Positions 27,914 to 41,822 of a DNA stretch of 64,000 bases are shown here, piece after piece. Position 1 is the first letter of the stretch, and every line of letters begins with the position of its first letter. The translations under genes were made by a program, and so were the position numbers. The DNA comes from Dipteris shenzhenensis (taxonomy: Eukaryota). The stretch is taken from NCBI GenBank assembly GCA_047967505.1, contig CM106538.1; one strand, 5' to 3'. The notes beneath the pieces are model-generated. The model did not search any database. It was not told where the DNA came from and worked only from the letters and a program-made list of their open reading frames with translations.

Positions 27914-28161
27914 CTCGGGGAGGTCACTCATCATACGTAACCCTATCACATGAGTTCAAAAGCAGGATATTTTTTATTTCTAAAATGTACAAAAATCAAT
28001 ATACATAAGGGAGGATTTAAAATAGTTTTGAAAAAAAAATACATATTTGTATACAAAAAGGGTACATTTTAGTAAAATGAAAAATTTACAGATAAGGGAT
28101 TTTAAAAATAGGCCTTCAACGCACGTGATATAGAGGGTTTATACATAGTGAACCCTCTGAG
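27914..28161. mobile_element. MITE, same family, opposite orientation
   Basis: CTCGGGGAGGTCACT...AGTGAACCCTCTGAG; TSD GGACTATT/GGATTATT (one mismatch). Confidence 0.85.
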
Positions 28162-29819
28162 GGATTATTTTGCATCATACTTTCAACATGTAAAATGAAA
28201 TCTCGCAAGCCTTTCACTTCATATACGTCAAGTTCTTTTATTTTTTTGCGAGAACAAATCCAATTTCCTTCAATGGAGTTATTCGTTGTAATAAAGCATA
28301 TGGATCACTCCATAAATTATCTCCATCCATTGAGTAGTGCTTCCATTGCATTGCTCAAGTATTTTCATGCATGCTCCTTGCATGCTAAACTAAAAGTAGT
28401 GTGGATTTATGGCCCCTACTAGTGCATCGTCTCCTGTGATGCTCTATGGATGCTCTTTAATCTACCATCCTTTCTAAGATAGCCACAAGTTCTAATTCTT
28501 CTATTCGAGAACCTTTAATTATTTCCCCAATTTGAGTTAACATATCATCAATAGTCTAGACATCCCTTGACTTCAACTCTCTAGAGGTAACACTAAATAG
28601 ATCTGGGAAGGTAGCTATATTCACAAAGAATATGTTTCATTTTAATTTGAAATTCATAATTATAGCACGTAACCACAAGTCTTGTTTTTATAAAATTGAC
28701 TTTAGCACATAGCATTTCGAATTTGGCACATAGCACTTTGCATTCAACACATAGCACTTTGCACTTTGCATTTAGCACATAACCACACATTTGTGTGGAG
28801 GGAGAGTTGGCACACCATACCATTATCGCCAAAACTATTGTTGCTATTACTTCGGTAGTGAAAGTGGCTCTAAAGAAGAACAAATGTCATATTTCTTCCC
28901 TCGTTTATATTTTACTGCAACCATAGGGATCGTTGCACAAGCAATTTTTGAAAAAACTATTGTTACTGTAGTGAAAATGGCTCCAATAACCAGTACGGTG
29001 GTTTAGAACTATGATAACTCCAATAACCAATGCGGTGGTTGAAAGAAAACTATACTAAAGTGCAATGTCTACATTTTCCTTAGCTTGCAACTAAAATAGC
29101 TCCAAGAATTTGTGCGGTGGTTGAGAAATTGTTGCACAATGCATAGTAAGAATAGAGGAAATATGCATGCCTAAGCATGAAAAGGATATTTTGTCCACAT
29201 AAAAATTTGCAAGCACAAGGGTATTACTCTCATTAATGCCTACACAGAGTAGCATATCCATAAGACACACACACACATTTCTAGAGGGAATTTTGGACTC
29301 AAAAAGGGCCTCTTGGATTAGTCCCTTAAGATTTGTGATTAGCAAACCAGCCAATGGGAATGCTTGGGCATTAAAAGAATGGAGGATTCCATATTGGCCT
29401 CTCATTGGTGGAGAGTCCTCCTTGGTCCCCACTAGGCTTCCACTTGCCTCTCTCTTGGCCCCCCACCTCTTAAGGCATTTACTCCCTCCTTTCACTTTTG
29501 GATGGTCCCCATACCCTCCTAGGCTCTCTTGGTAGGCCACCAAATCCGCGACTTTTTTTCCCCTCCAAAAAAGCAAAAATTTTCAAAAGTGTCCCTAGCA
29601 CCCCAAACTCCTCCCAGGAGTCTCCCCAAACTATCCCCATTGACCCCCACCTTTCTCTCAGCCTCTTCCTCCTCGAGTCCTCCTCTCTACCTCCTCTCAG
29701 CTTGCTCCCAACCTCTTCCTCCTCTCAACCTCCTCCCAGCCTCCTCCCAACCTCTTCCTCCTCTCAACCTCCTCTCAGCCTCCTCCTCTCAACCTCTTCC
29801 TCCTCCCAACCTCTTTATC

Positions 29820-30356
29820 TTTGCTTGCTTCCATTCTTTCTATAATCATGAAGCACTCCCCTTCCCCTAGGCCAAAGCTATCAATTCAATCTTGAGTGGG
29901 TCACATTTTAAAGGACAACAGTGATATTTGGATCCCTCAAGAGTTTAGGTTGATGTCAAGGGTCACAATGCAACCATCTGCACTAGGTTCCATTCAAGGT
30001 TTCTAGAAAGGATAGAGCAAAGAAAGAGAAGCATTAGAAGGGTCGCATTGTTGGGTTTTGTAATACAAAAAAAGGACTTAAGATGAAGGTTCAACACATG
30101 TACATGGCTCGAGACATGAACTTGGATCCTGCTAGTCAAACTTGCTTTCCTTCAAATCGTATCTCCTTTTTACATTAACTTTTTTTTATTTTCAGTTCAA
30201 TTGTGTATTCTAATGATTGTATGTGAGCATGTATTTTGAGAGAGGGTGTCATGGTGATAGTAGAGGGGGAGGGGGGGAGGGAGAGAGAGAGAAAGAGAGA
30301 GAGATGGGGGGGTTGAGGGGTGTTAGGGGGAGATAGTAGAGGGGAGAGATTTATGA

Positions 30357-30445
<89 letters not shown>

Positions 30446-30605
30446 GTGTGTGTGAGAGGCAGAGATAGAAGGTAGAGAGTGAGAGAGACAGATTGATTAT
30501 CCCATTAACATCTTTCTTTGCTTTCTATGTAGATATCTTTCCCTCTACCAAAGTTGAAACCCAGCCTCTAGATAGTCTCACGGGAATATTTCAAGCTTTC
30601 CATTC
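29820..30605 (+). pseudogene. BAH-like gene, copy 1, 5' part
   Basis: Matches 40166-39452; GT-AG intron ~30159-30531 containing (GA)n. Confidence 0.55.
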
Positions 30606-30606
30606 T

Positions 30607-31092
30607 TCTCCACCTCCACCTCCACCTCGCCTACTGCGAGCTTTGCCTTTTCCTTTTTCTGTGTGATGCAATCCTTGCAAAGATTTTCCACCCTATCTAG
30701 AATGTGGAAAGTCCTGAGTAGCATTGTGCCATGCGGGTCGTCATTGTGGGCTCTCCATTTGTGCCCTTTGTTGTTGAGCCAAGTGAATCCGCATTTTCCT
30801 GGCATCTTCCTGTCCTCTGGCCCGTTCTTCCAATCTATGTCTTTTGCACTCCTGTTCTTCTCGTCTGCTTTTTGGCTCTTGAAGTGCCTCAGGCTGACTC
30901 TGAGGATCGGATTGCTCCCCATGATCTTCTTCATCGTCATTTGTTTGCTCATTGGTTTCTATCCTCTCCTCCTCCTCCTCCTCCTCCTGCTTCCTCTTTC
31001 TTCTCTCTTTGATCATTGCATTGTATACATCAGGAGGGATTGGGAGCTTTGTTTTGGAATCAACTGGTCTTCCAGTTTGCTTTGTTCTTGCT
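30607..31092 (-). pseudogene. Histone H3 variant, copy 1: N-terminal tail only (ATG lost in a 20-bp deletion, histone fold deleted)
   Basis: ARTKQTGRPVDSK...EEQECKRH...GGKSLQG..GGG; direct repeat of ~59109-59592. Confidence 0.85.
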
Positions 31093-31612
31093 ATGGGAAA
31101 TGTGATGGTAGGAAGGAACGTACTAGTATAAGAGAGTATTGGTGGTACTGAGAAAATGAAGGTATTTGAATATATATAGGGGTATATTTATTTTGTGCAT
31201 CATTATTAGTTAGCCCCCCCCCCCCCTTCCCCCCCTCAACCCCTCCTACCCCCCCCCCCCTATTTGTCATAGTCCCCTCGAGGGTTAACCTCACAAAATT
31301 TTAGTGTACCACGTGCATTGTAAAGAAGGGAATTTATCAAAAAAATTACTTAGTTCATCAAAACATTGGGTTTTATCATTCAACTTTAGGAAAAAGTTAC
31401 TTAAAGAGGAGGGGTGTTTGTTTTGGGGGAAAAAACTTATTTAAGGGGTTTCTGAAATTCCCCTTGAACTCCCGTGAGGTCGCTCCCCCAACCTTTTCTC
31501 ATCGCCTGCCCTTGTTGGGTCGACAAGTACAAAATTTAACGCTTGTTTGAAAAAAAAAGAGCCAATTAATCAAATGTCCACAATAAATATTGAAGTACGA
31601 TTTTAATTAACA

Positions 31613-34462
31613 TCAAAGTACATTTGGTTTAGCGATCCAACGCTTTCCAACACGACTTCTAGTTGCTATCCAACTTCTATGTTTTTAGGAAGCTTGCAAA
31701 GATATCCATGAATGCCTTCTTTTACTCATTTGAGTTCGACGAACTGCTTGGGCTAACTCCGTTTGCAAAGATTTATTCCTTGCATAGGAGGACCAGACTA
31801 TATAATGATAGAACCACTCGAACATCTCATGAAGAGCATTACTTCCATTAATCCCCCCTCCATGTCATGTACTCTTGAAATAAGCACCTCGAGCTCTATA
31901 ATGAGACTTTTCCATCCCTTGGGCACACCAAGCATTCAAGGAACCATATTGGTGGCGAAGAAACCATGGACCATGAGCATAAAGAATGTGCTGCATACAT
32001 AGAAAAAACACATGAGGTAAACAAGAATAAATTGATTGCAATTATAATTTTGAAAATAGTAAACCAAACACACCATGTAGTGAGTAATGTGTGATTCACC
32101 CCATCCATCTACCATGGCTTCAATAAACTCTTTCATGATGACTTTATATCGTTGCACAACATCATCGTCTATGGAAGGCTTCCTCAAGATCTTTACCAGA
32201 TTATCCAATTATTTCCAAACACGTATTCTCAAGGTTCTGACATGAGGATCAACTTTCAAATTAGTGGTGCAATCACATAACTTTTTCCAATAATTCCAAT
32301 GCAAATTTAATCAATGTTTTCCATGATTGGACAAAAACCTTCGTGCCTTAGAGCCTCCCATGGACACTTTATTTGGAAGATTTCCTGATTTTCTTGACAA
32401 TTGTGCGTCTTTGATTAGCTTTACATTTCCCCCCATGTAGACCCATGCTCGAGTGTAAAGCTTCGACCCTTGCTATACATGATGCCGCTCTCTCCTCCAG
32501 TTTCATGTTCCATGCATATACAATGTGCAAGTAAAGCAATTTATCAATGAGCTGGATCTCCGCATCATGTAACACGTAGAAATGCACTCTTTCTAATGGA
32601 ATGTTTAAAATTGGATCCCAATTTTTATCGTTCTGATCTCTGTTGGGTGCAGCATCTTGATTGTAGCTCATTACTCCATTGCTCCAATACATCCGTTTGT
32701 TAGCCTCATCATCTGTGATGTCATTTATTACATCTTTAGCATTCCCAAAGTCTTTTCCTCTTTTCATTTGCTCTTTCCCTCTATGTATTCCTATGTTACT
32801 GCCTCAAGGTTGGTGTGAGTGCATACAATAAAGACACGAATATGTCGCATTTGCACTCAATTTCATTCCAAACATACACTTCAATGTCTTAAGATCTCTT
32901 GCCATGTGCCATTCAACTTTAAATGATCTGAACCCTTCAACTTGAAGCAACTCTCCTTTCATTTGCGCATCTATGTGCAAATGACACTTGGAATTGGGGA
33001 TCTATCAAATACCCATTTCAAGAATGAGTTTGTCTCTTTAGGAATTTCAAACGCAGCAAGTCACCAAATGTGCTTTTTTAATTGCACATTAAAATCTTCC
33101 CTAATTTCCTTATCTTTGGCATGTCTAAGGGCTTTATTCATCAAACTAATGCTAAACCTCTCCAACTTGTGGCCTTTTATAACATCACACTCATCCAATT
33201 TGATAACGAATACTAACTTTCCTTCACAATCTAAAAGATTAAAAGATTTACACAATTAGAAAATATTTCAATAAAAATTCTAGCTCTCTTAACAATATAA
33301 TTTTAACCTACCCGTGCTTTCATGTTGTAAAACTCCATCGTTGCAGCTTGGACCCGACGTACATCAAAAAAACATTATTATGCTCTGTGTACTCAAAGGT
33401 TCTTGGTCCTTGCTTTGCCCCTTTGGTAGTTGGTCCTCCTTTCTTTTTGCTATGTTGGACATTTGTCTTCTTTGTGCCTTCCAACGTCATGCTTTCTGAG
33501 ATGTGTATAAATCCACCCAACAAATCTTGAACAATAGAATTTGTTTCTTTCCTTGCATTTCTAACATATACTAGTCTTGGCAATAGAGGATTCTTAATGC
33601 CTTGACCTTGAAGTGCATTTACAAAGACATTATACATAGCTAAGTACCCTTGCTGACTAATGCCAGCAGCATCACATGCATGGACAACTTTCGATGGATC
33701 TACAAGATTCTCTAAATCAGTTGCAACCTATTGTAATATTGCATGTCGCAATGCACGCCGAAGAGGGTCCCTAAGAATAGAAATGAATTCTTTCTTCTTA
33801 ACTACACTCTTTACGGCACAAAGTTTGTCAGAGGAATTTCTTCCAATAACCTCCTCCATAAAATTTCTACAAAAATCATGATAACATTAGAAAAATAAAT
33901 GACTCATTTGTAAGTAATGCTTCATAATTACAAAATACTCCAAATATATTACATACCTTATAGCTTTCACCCTGCGTTTCCTTGCTCCACCACCATATGC
34001 CAAGCTTTCCATTGGTTGCACGGGCTTGATCCTATGCTTATAACCTAGAGGGGTTCTTTTTATCCTTTCTAATCTCCTAGTCAATGTAGCAAGCTCTTGT
34101 TGGATATACCAAGACTTTTTCAACAATTTGTTCTTCTCATTTATTATTCTTGTGATCGTCTTTTGTGATGTCTCTTTTGTAATTTTTGAGTCAACCAGTT
34201 TTTTTGTTCTTGGGTTAGTTGTTCTTGGAGGTTATGCATGGTATCTCTAAGTATCTTTGTCTCTCCTTCCATTCTCAACAAGTGAACCTTCGCAAAGTGT
34301 GCTTCAGCATTGGGATGGCGAATGCGTTTACAATATCCTACTAAGCCTTGAAGACCATCGCCTATGTATTGAATCAAACTCGTCACATTTTCAAACAAAG
34401 GTGGAGCACCTGTCAAAGGATCCATTGGATAGAGTCCACCAACACTTCATAAGTCGACATGC
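31613..34462 (-). pseudogene. Transib/Chapaev/RAG1-type DDE transposase, copy 1
   Basis: VFVIKLD; EWHMARDLK; YSCLYC; VLHD; ITHYM|HILYAH (H-x4-H, intron between); GSLNAWCAQGMEKSH. Three short introns; many TGA/TAG stops. Confidence 0.78.
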
Positions 34463-34481
34463 TTCATACATACATACATAC

Positions 34482-34540
<59 letters not shown>

Positions 34541-35209
34541 CCAAGTTCATGTGCCGTAAGGAAATACAAAATCAAAAAATCATAATGCATGGGTAAAATA
34601 ACTCAAGATTTTTAAACTAGAAGCAATGATGCATATGGGTTTAAGAGGAGTTTAAGGATTAGAGGGAGGTTCAGGGCTTAGAAGAAGGTTCCAAGGTTTA
34701 GAGAGAGGTTTCAGAGTTTAGAAGAGGTTCAAGGGTTAGAAGGAGGATCCAAGGTTCAAGGTGGAGTACATGGTGGAGAACTCGTCTTCCTTATAGTTCA
34801 TGGAGTTTTAAGGGTTGAGGAACTAAGGCTTTAGGGGTAGCATAGGAGTGGGAAGAAGATGTAAGAGCATGGGGGGAAAGGAGAGAGAGAAGGGGGGAGG
34901 AAGAGGAGGGAGGAGGAGGAGGGAGGAGGAGGAGGAGGGGGGAGGAGGAGAGGGAGAGGATGGATTGCAAGGTTGGAGGAGAGAGAGGATGGGTTGCAAG
35001 GTTGGAGGAGAGGGGAGGAGGAGTTGCAAGGTTAGGACATGCTTTTGGACGTGGAGTGCAAGGAAGCATGGACACTTGAGACAATTGCTTGGAATACCAA
35101 AGTAGAACTCGACACAATGTCCCAAAGAGTATGGGCTTCATTCCATTATGGGGTATTTATACAAGTTGGAGAGCTTCTCTCTCTGCATGTAGGAATTGTA
35201 AGACATTCT

Positions 35210-35465
35210 CTCTCTACATGTAGAACTTGCATATAGAAGTTGCATGTAGGAGTTGCAAGTTGCATGTAGAACTCACATGTTGCATGTTGCATGTAGCAGT
35301 TGCATGTAGAACTCACATGTTGCATGTAGGAGTTGCAGGCAGAACTTGCATGTTGCATGTTGCATGTGGGAGTTGCATGTAGAACTCGCATGTTGCATAT
35401 TGCATGTAGAACATGCATGTAGGACTTGCATGTAGGAGTTGCAACAAGTAGAACTTGCATGTTGA
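35210..35465. repeat. GTTGCAT / GTTGCATGTAGAACT minisatellite
   Basis: Direct read. Confidence 0.9.
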
Positions 35466-35639
35466 GGATTCCTAAGAGAGATTTATTCCTAGCCTTATGC
35501 AAGTACAAGTGGAGCTTTGTCGCTACTCTACACACACATTTTGTACTCCATAAGCCCATGTTGGCACAGAGACATTATACTCCTGGATCCATTTTATTAC
35601 CCATCCTTGGGTTATGGCTTATTATGATCACGGAGTTGG

Positions 35640-37285
35640 GTTGCCATGCATGTAATCCAGTGGCTGTGGAACTTGTGTCATGCTAGTCGCAATCCTGCTA
35701 TAAAGCCTTGGCACCATACAGTTTTTGCTCAGTTTCCAGGTAGCCTGTATCCACCATTTGTTCTAACAGAGATACGTGGCGTGCTTCTAAGAAGATGACT
35801 CTTTGATAGAGTTGACTTGTAATCTGAGCATCGATCCATTCATGGGGATTGAAACTGAGTGGAGGCAAATGGCGATCGAGGTGATTAGGGATCTCTAGAA
35901 TGTATTCCAATGTTTTGCAGAAGATAGCACTTAGGCGAAGGAAGCAATGAATGTTGCCATGCATTATTTGCTCATGCTCCTAAAGTGCTCGAATCATTGT
36001 GCCTTGGATATTCCATTCTACACCAAAGTAGGCAACAAACCAACAATAACCCTGAGGGGAGGACTACCCATGAGGCATATATACGCGATGAAAGCATCTG
36101 TCCTGAGTGCTATAAACCCGGCATGTGTAGACAGGCAGAAGATATTTTTCTCATCTTCAGACAAGTCTTGGCAAATTATGCACAGAGTTTTGGTCCCTAT
36201 GGAACGTTCCCATTTGATTGCTGGATGAGCAGATATGATCTTGATTTGGAGTTACTTCCATTGGATAAGCACTCATGCATTGGGGTGATCTTCTACTTGT
36301 AGAGCAGCCAGAAGCTCTTGGTATACCACCGTTGTGCTTTGTAGTGGGGCTTCATTGGTGTTGTCTTCCATTGCCTCATTGTTGTGCACTAGCAATTGGA
36401 ATTCAATCTTGGAGATGATTATCTTTTGGGATTGCATCTCATCCATTTTTTCTTTATATTTATGGTAGATGGATGTATATGCCTCCTTAAGCTTTCTCAT
36501 TTGCAAGGTGACCTTTGCCTGTTGAGGAATGTCTTCAGTGGTATTGGACCATTAGTCCAAGATTTGTGCTTGTGAAGTACTGGCCTCTTTAGTAGTACCA
36601 AGTTGGTCCTGTAAAATTCTGCAATCCCTTGTAAGCTCTTCAATGCTGAATGTGCGTGTTGCCAAATACTTTTGCATGTCTTCAAGCTTGTCTTGGCAAT
36701 CCTGGAGCTCTTCTTCTTTGTGGGTTGGAGTGAGTCAAGCTTGTGCCAGTGCCTCCATTTGATGAGCATGTGCGGAGGTCAAGGAGTTATAGTAGGTTTG
36801 TAGTATTGCCATAGCTTGTACTACTACTGTCAACTGTATTTGGCTTTGGTGGAGGTTGGAGGTCACATCTCTCACTGCCTTCTCTTGAGCTTGGAGAGCT
36901 GGGTTCATGCGCACTTCTTCAACCTTCTTCTCATCTATTTGTGCCCCAAGTGCCTTGAGCTCTATGGTGATTGCCTAGAATTGGTCTTTGATTTCTGTTG
37001 TAGTCTACTGTCCAATTCTCTTGCATGTTCCTCCTTAGCCAAGCTAGTGAATAGTTCGGACATTTGGATCATTTGGCTAGCTTGATGATGGAGAATGTCA
37101 GACGGTGATGAGGACTAGCGATATTGCTGATACAATTGGTGCCCATGTAGCCATCTTGATGATTCTGTGGTACTTGTAGGGGGTTGTTCCAATGGTATTT
37201 CAGTCACTTGGGTACAATAGTCATACTGTTGATCTAGCACTTGCTCCCCTTGTGGCTCATGGACTAACATGGCATTGATGGGTGG
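35640..37285. pseudogene. Two convergent degenerate ORF remnants of unknown TE origin (the minus-strand one is coiled-coil rich)
   Basis: Long frames broken mostly by TAG/TGA, e.g. EEELQDCQDKLEDMQKYL, MQMRKLKEAYTSIYHKYKEKMDEMQ. No recognisable domain. Confidence 0.35.
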
Positions 37286-38214
37286 TGTGACAAAACATGT
37301 GTGCCTTTGGATCTATGGAGCACTCTAAGGTGGATGGAATGAGAGTGCTCTCAATGGAAGCAAGAATGGAAGAAGGAGAGAGAGAGAGACAAAGAGCCAC
37401 ACAAGTTTTGGTGGGTGCAGAACCACCCTAATCTTCTTTTTCATTCATTTATATATGTGTTTGAGTATTGTACATAACCAGGTTAAAGGCACAGTGACCT
37501 TTAACCCCCACAACCTCCCACTTAAAGGACAATGTGCCTTTAAGGGAGAACAACCAGTGGGCATACTATCCAATGCCCATCAATACACGACAATACTCAA
37601 ACCGTTGACTAGGTAGACTCTTCGTCAGCATATCTGCAGGGTTATCATCTGTAGGAACCTTGACAAGCTCTATGCACTTGTCCTCAAGTACCTCCCTGAT
37701 GAAATGGTACCTGACCTCAATGTGTTTGGTCTTTGCATGAAAGACCGGATTCCGTGCTAGCTGAATAGCACTCATGGAATCACTATGCAATGTCGGTACA
37801 CCTGTATGAATCCCCAAATCTGCCACTAGTCGATCAAGCCATATAGCCTCCTTGCAACCCTCTGTGGTTGCAACATACTCAGCCTATGTGGTAGACAAAG
37901 AAACACACTTCTGTGCACGAGACATCCACGACACTGCACCACCTGCAAAGGTGAACACATAACCAGAAGTGGATCTCCTACTATCCACATGCCCTGCATA
38001 GTCTGAATCTGTGTACCCAAGTACACGCATGTCTCCTCTACCAAAGCAGGTGCACATCTCCTTGGTACCCTTGATGTACCTCATGATGCACTTAACTGCC
38101 TCCCAATTCCTCTTTCCTGGATTAGCCATATACCGGCTAACAACTTCCACTGCAAATGCAATGTCTGGTCTAGTAGCTATCATAGCATACATAAGACTCC
38201 CAACTGCTAATGCA
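37286..38214 (-). mobile_element. 3' half of a second copia element (RT C-terminus, RNase H, PPT, 3' LTR ~37286-37512)
   Basis: ALAVGSLMYAMIATRPDI, GYTDSDYAG, KHIEVRYHFIRE, NPADMLTK; PPT GTGGGAGGT at 37521-37513; LTR TG...CA. Confidence 0.9.
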
Positions 38215-38310
38215 GTGGCCATTGGAGGTTTGTGGAAGATGGCAAGAGTAGGCTGTCTAGGAGGTGAGGACAATAAAAGCTATGTCATACCTAATGGCCC
38301 TTTATATAGT
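38215..38310 (-). promoter_or_regulatory. Displaced TATA box and start codons (ATG GCC ACT) of the gene at 55159-56783
   Basis: CTATATAAAG at ~38300-38309; ATG at 38222. Joins ORF 55214 in frame when the inversion is undone. Confidence 0.6.
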
Positions 38311-38699
38311 TGACTTCAGTCTCTTTAAATACCTTAAAGGTCCGACTACAATTTAGGTAATAAAATATTGGACAATGTAATACTAAATAATTTGCCATCA
38401 TATTCCACTCCTGCCTCCCCCTGCCACCCAAAATAATGGTTTTTTTTTTTGGAATTTAGGGGGCCCTACGTTAGTACAAATGACATCACACTTAACAAAA
38501 ACTACTACATTTAGTCAAAAGCTATTACAACATAGTTTCAAAACTTTTACATTTATTCAAGTGCTATTACAACACACTTCAAAAACTATATCATATTTTC
38601 AAAACATTACAACACACATCAAAAACTACTAATTTTATTAAGTATACTCTTTTTGCTAGTACAAATGACATCACACTTCAAAAACTATTACATTTATTC

Positions 38700-39606
38700 A
38701 ATACCAGTATGAATGGACATTACAAGGAGGCTTCCATTTCTCAAGCATTGATGTTTCTTCGAGACGCCTTCTCACTATCTTCCCTTTTAGTGTAAAGAAA
38801 AAATCACTATCATCAAAGGTGACAGCGATACGTGCTTCAAGCTCCAACTACATGTGACCTCAAGATATTGGATATGCCCATTGGGCATATGTACCTCTAT
38901 CTCTGTGGTGTCCCTACTACATCACAATCCATAGGTATCCATGTGCCATGATTATTTTTCCAACTTCTGTAAGCATATCTCATGTAGCAAATACTCCACC
39001 CTACTTGATATCTTATTACTATTTAGTAAGTATACATCAAAAATGGTCTCTCTTCTTCAAACCCTCCCTAACATCCCACATTGGGTATAGAAGATTATCA
39101 CGAAATTCATTTTCTAGGCCTTTGCATACCCATGTGGTCTTTGTCTTGTGAATGAAGACTAATTTGAAAAAATAAATAAATAATGGAGGGCATGAACCAG
39201 CTAACACCCACAGATTTTGAACCGAAAGTAAACTTCATTGATGATTGAATATCTGATTTCTAAATGCATCTATAGAGAATGGATCAGGAAGAGGCCATTC
39301 TGGACTATCAAAGTTAGGGAGAGGAATAGGACGTAGGCTTCCATATGCACCTTCTCTTCAAGGAACTTGGTAACATGAATTATAGAAAAAAATACTAGAC
39401 TTTGTGAAGGAGGCAGCACTTCGACCTGAGAACATTAATTCCCCAATATTTGAATGGAAAGCTTGAAATATTCCTATGAGACTATCTAGAGGCTCGGTTT
39501 CAACTTTGGTAGAGGGAAAGATATCTACATAGAAAGCAAAGAAAGATGTTAATGGGCTAATCAATCTGTCTCTCTCACTCTCTACCTATCTTTGTCTCTC
39601 ACACAC

Positions 39607-39648
<42 letters not shown>

Positions 39649-40166
39649 TCTCCCCTCTACTATCTCCCCCTAGCCCCCCTCAACCCCCCCATCTCTCTCT
39701 CTCCCTCCCTCCCCCCCTCCCCCTCTACTATCACCATGACACCCTCTCTCAAAACGCATGCTCACATACAATCATTAGAATACACAAGTGAACTGAAAAT
39801 GAAAAAAAGTCAACGTAAAAGAGAAATACAATTTGAAGGAAAGCAAGTTTGACTGGCAGGATCCAAGTTCATGTCTCGAGCTATGTACACGTGCTGAACC
39901 TTCATCTTAAGTCCTTTTTTTGTATTAGAAAACCCAACAATGCGACCCTTCCAATGCTTCTCTTTCTTTGGTCTATCCTTTCTAGAAACCTTCAGTGGAC
40001 CTATTGCAGATGGTTGCATTGTGACCCTTGACATTAACCTAAACTCTTGAGGGATCCAAATATCACTGTTGTCCTTTAAAATGCGACCCACACAAGATTG
40101 AATTGATAGCTTTGGCCTAGGGGAAGGGGAGTCCTTCATGATTGTAGAAAGAATGGGAGCAAGCAA
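38700..40166 (-). pseudogene. BAH-domain-like gene, copy 2
   Basis: Spliced (intron ~39828-39526): KHWKGRIVGFSNTKKGLKMKVQHVYIARDM...SNYIFPSTKVETEPLDSLIGIFQA...SIFFYNSCY, which follows the BAH strand pattern by eye. Decayed C-terminal extension; both ends approximate. Confidence 0.55.
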
Positions 40167-40664
40167 AGATAAAGAGGTTGGGAGGAGGAAGAGTTTGAGA
40201 GGAGGAGGCTGAGAGGAAGTTGAGAGGAGGAAGAGGTTGGGAGGAGGCTGAGAGGAGGTTGAGAGGAGGAAGAGGTTGAGAGCAGGTTGAGAGAAGGTAG
40301 AGAGGAGGAAGAGGCTGAGAGAAAGGTGGGGGTCAATGGGGATAGTTTGGGGAGACTCCTGGGAGGAGTTTGAGGTGCTAGGGACAATTTTGGAAATTTT
40401 TGCTTTTTTGGAGGGAAAAAAAAGTCACGGATTTGGGGGCCTACCAAGAGAGCCTAGGAGGGTATGGGGACTATCCAAAAGTGAAAGGCGGGAGTAAATG
40501 CCTTAAGAGGTGGTGGGGGTAAGAGAGAGGCAAGTGGAAGCCTAGTGGGGACCAAGGAGGACTCTCCACCAATGAGAGGCCAATATGAAATCCTCCACTC
40601 TTTTAATGCCCAAGCCTTCCCATTGGCTGGTTTGCTAATCACAAATCTTAAGGGACTAATCCAA

Positions 40665-40691
40665 GAGGCCCTTTTTGAGTCCAAAATTCCC
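40665..40691 (-). repeat. Left 27-bp TIR of copy 2 of the BAH/H3/Transib-like element (flipped by the inversion)
   Basis: Identical to 63669-63695 and the reverse complement of 29286-29312. Confidence 0.8.
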
Positions 40692-41822
40692 TCTAGCAAT
40701 GTGTGTGTGTGTGTCTTATGGATATGCTACTCTGTGTAGGCATTAATGAGAGTAATACCCTTGTGCTTGCAAATTTTTGTGTGGATAAAATATCATTTTC
40801 ATGCTTAGGCATGCATATTTCCTCTATTCTTACTATGCATTGTGCAACAATTTCTCAACCACCGCACAAATTCTTGGAGCTATTTTAGTTGCAAGCTAAG
40901 GAAAATGCAGGCATTGCAATTTAGTATAGTTTTCTTGCAACCACCGCACTAATTATTGGAGATATCCTAGTTCTAAACCACCGCGCTAGTTAATATTGGA
41001 ACCATTTTTACTACAGTAACAATAGGTTTTTTTAACAATTTCTTGTGCAACGATCCCTATGGTTGCAGTAAAATATAAACGAGGGAAGACATATGCCATT
41101 TGTTCTTCTTTTAGAGCCACTTTCACTATCGAAGTAATAGCAACAATAGTTTTGGCGATAATGGTACGGTGTGCCAACTCTCCCTCCACACAAATGTGTG
41201 GTTATGTGCTAAATGCAAAGTGCAAAGTGCTATGTGTTGAATGCAAAGTGCTATTTGCCAAATTCGAAATGCTATGTGCTAAAGTCAATTTTATAAAAAC
41301 AAGACTTGTGGTTACATGCTATAATTATGAATTTCAAATTAAAATGAAACATATTCTTTGTGAATATAGCTACCTTCCCAGATCTATTTAGTGTTACCTC
41401 TAGAGAGTTGAAGTCAAGGGATGTCTAGACTATTGATGATATGTTAACTCAAATTGGGGAAACAATTAAAGGTTCTCAAATAGAAGAATTGGAACTTGTG
41501 GCTATCTTAGAAAGGATGGTAGATTAAAGAGCATCCATAGAGCATCACAGGAGACGATGCACTAGTAGGGGACATAAATCCACACTACTTTTAGTTTAGC
41601 ATGCAAGGAGCATGCATGAAAATAGTTGAGCAAAAGAATGGAAGCACTACTCAATGGATGGAGATAATTCATGGAGTGATCCATATGCTTTATTACAATG
41701 AATAACTCCATTAAAGGAAATTGGATTTGTTCTTGCAAAAAAATAGAAGAACTTGACGTATATGAAATGAAAGGCTTGCAAGCTTTCATTTTACATGTTG
41801 AAAGTATGATGCAAAATAATCC

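Larger units (their letters stand above)
25636..30605. repeat. Duplicated block B, currently inverted relative to 39452-44309
   Basis: Continuous reverse-complement match covering the subtilase last exon, two MITEs, the element TIR and the 5' part of the BAH-like gene. Confidence 0.95.
29286..34462. mobile_element. Copy 1 (internally and 3' deleted) of the BAH/H3/Transib-like transposon
   Basis: Left TIR GGGAATTTTGGACTCAAAAAGGGCCTC at 29286-29312; BAH-like 5' part (+) fused at ~30605 to the H3 tail (-); transposase (-) truncated at ~34462. Confidence 0.75.
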
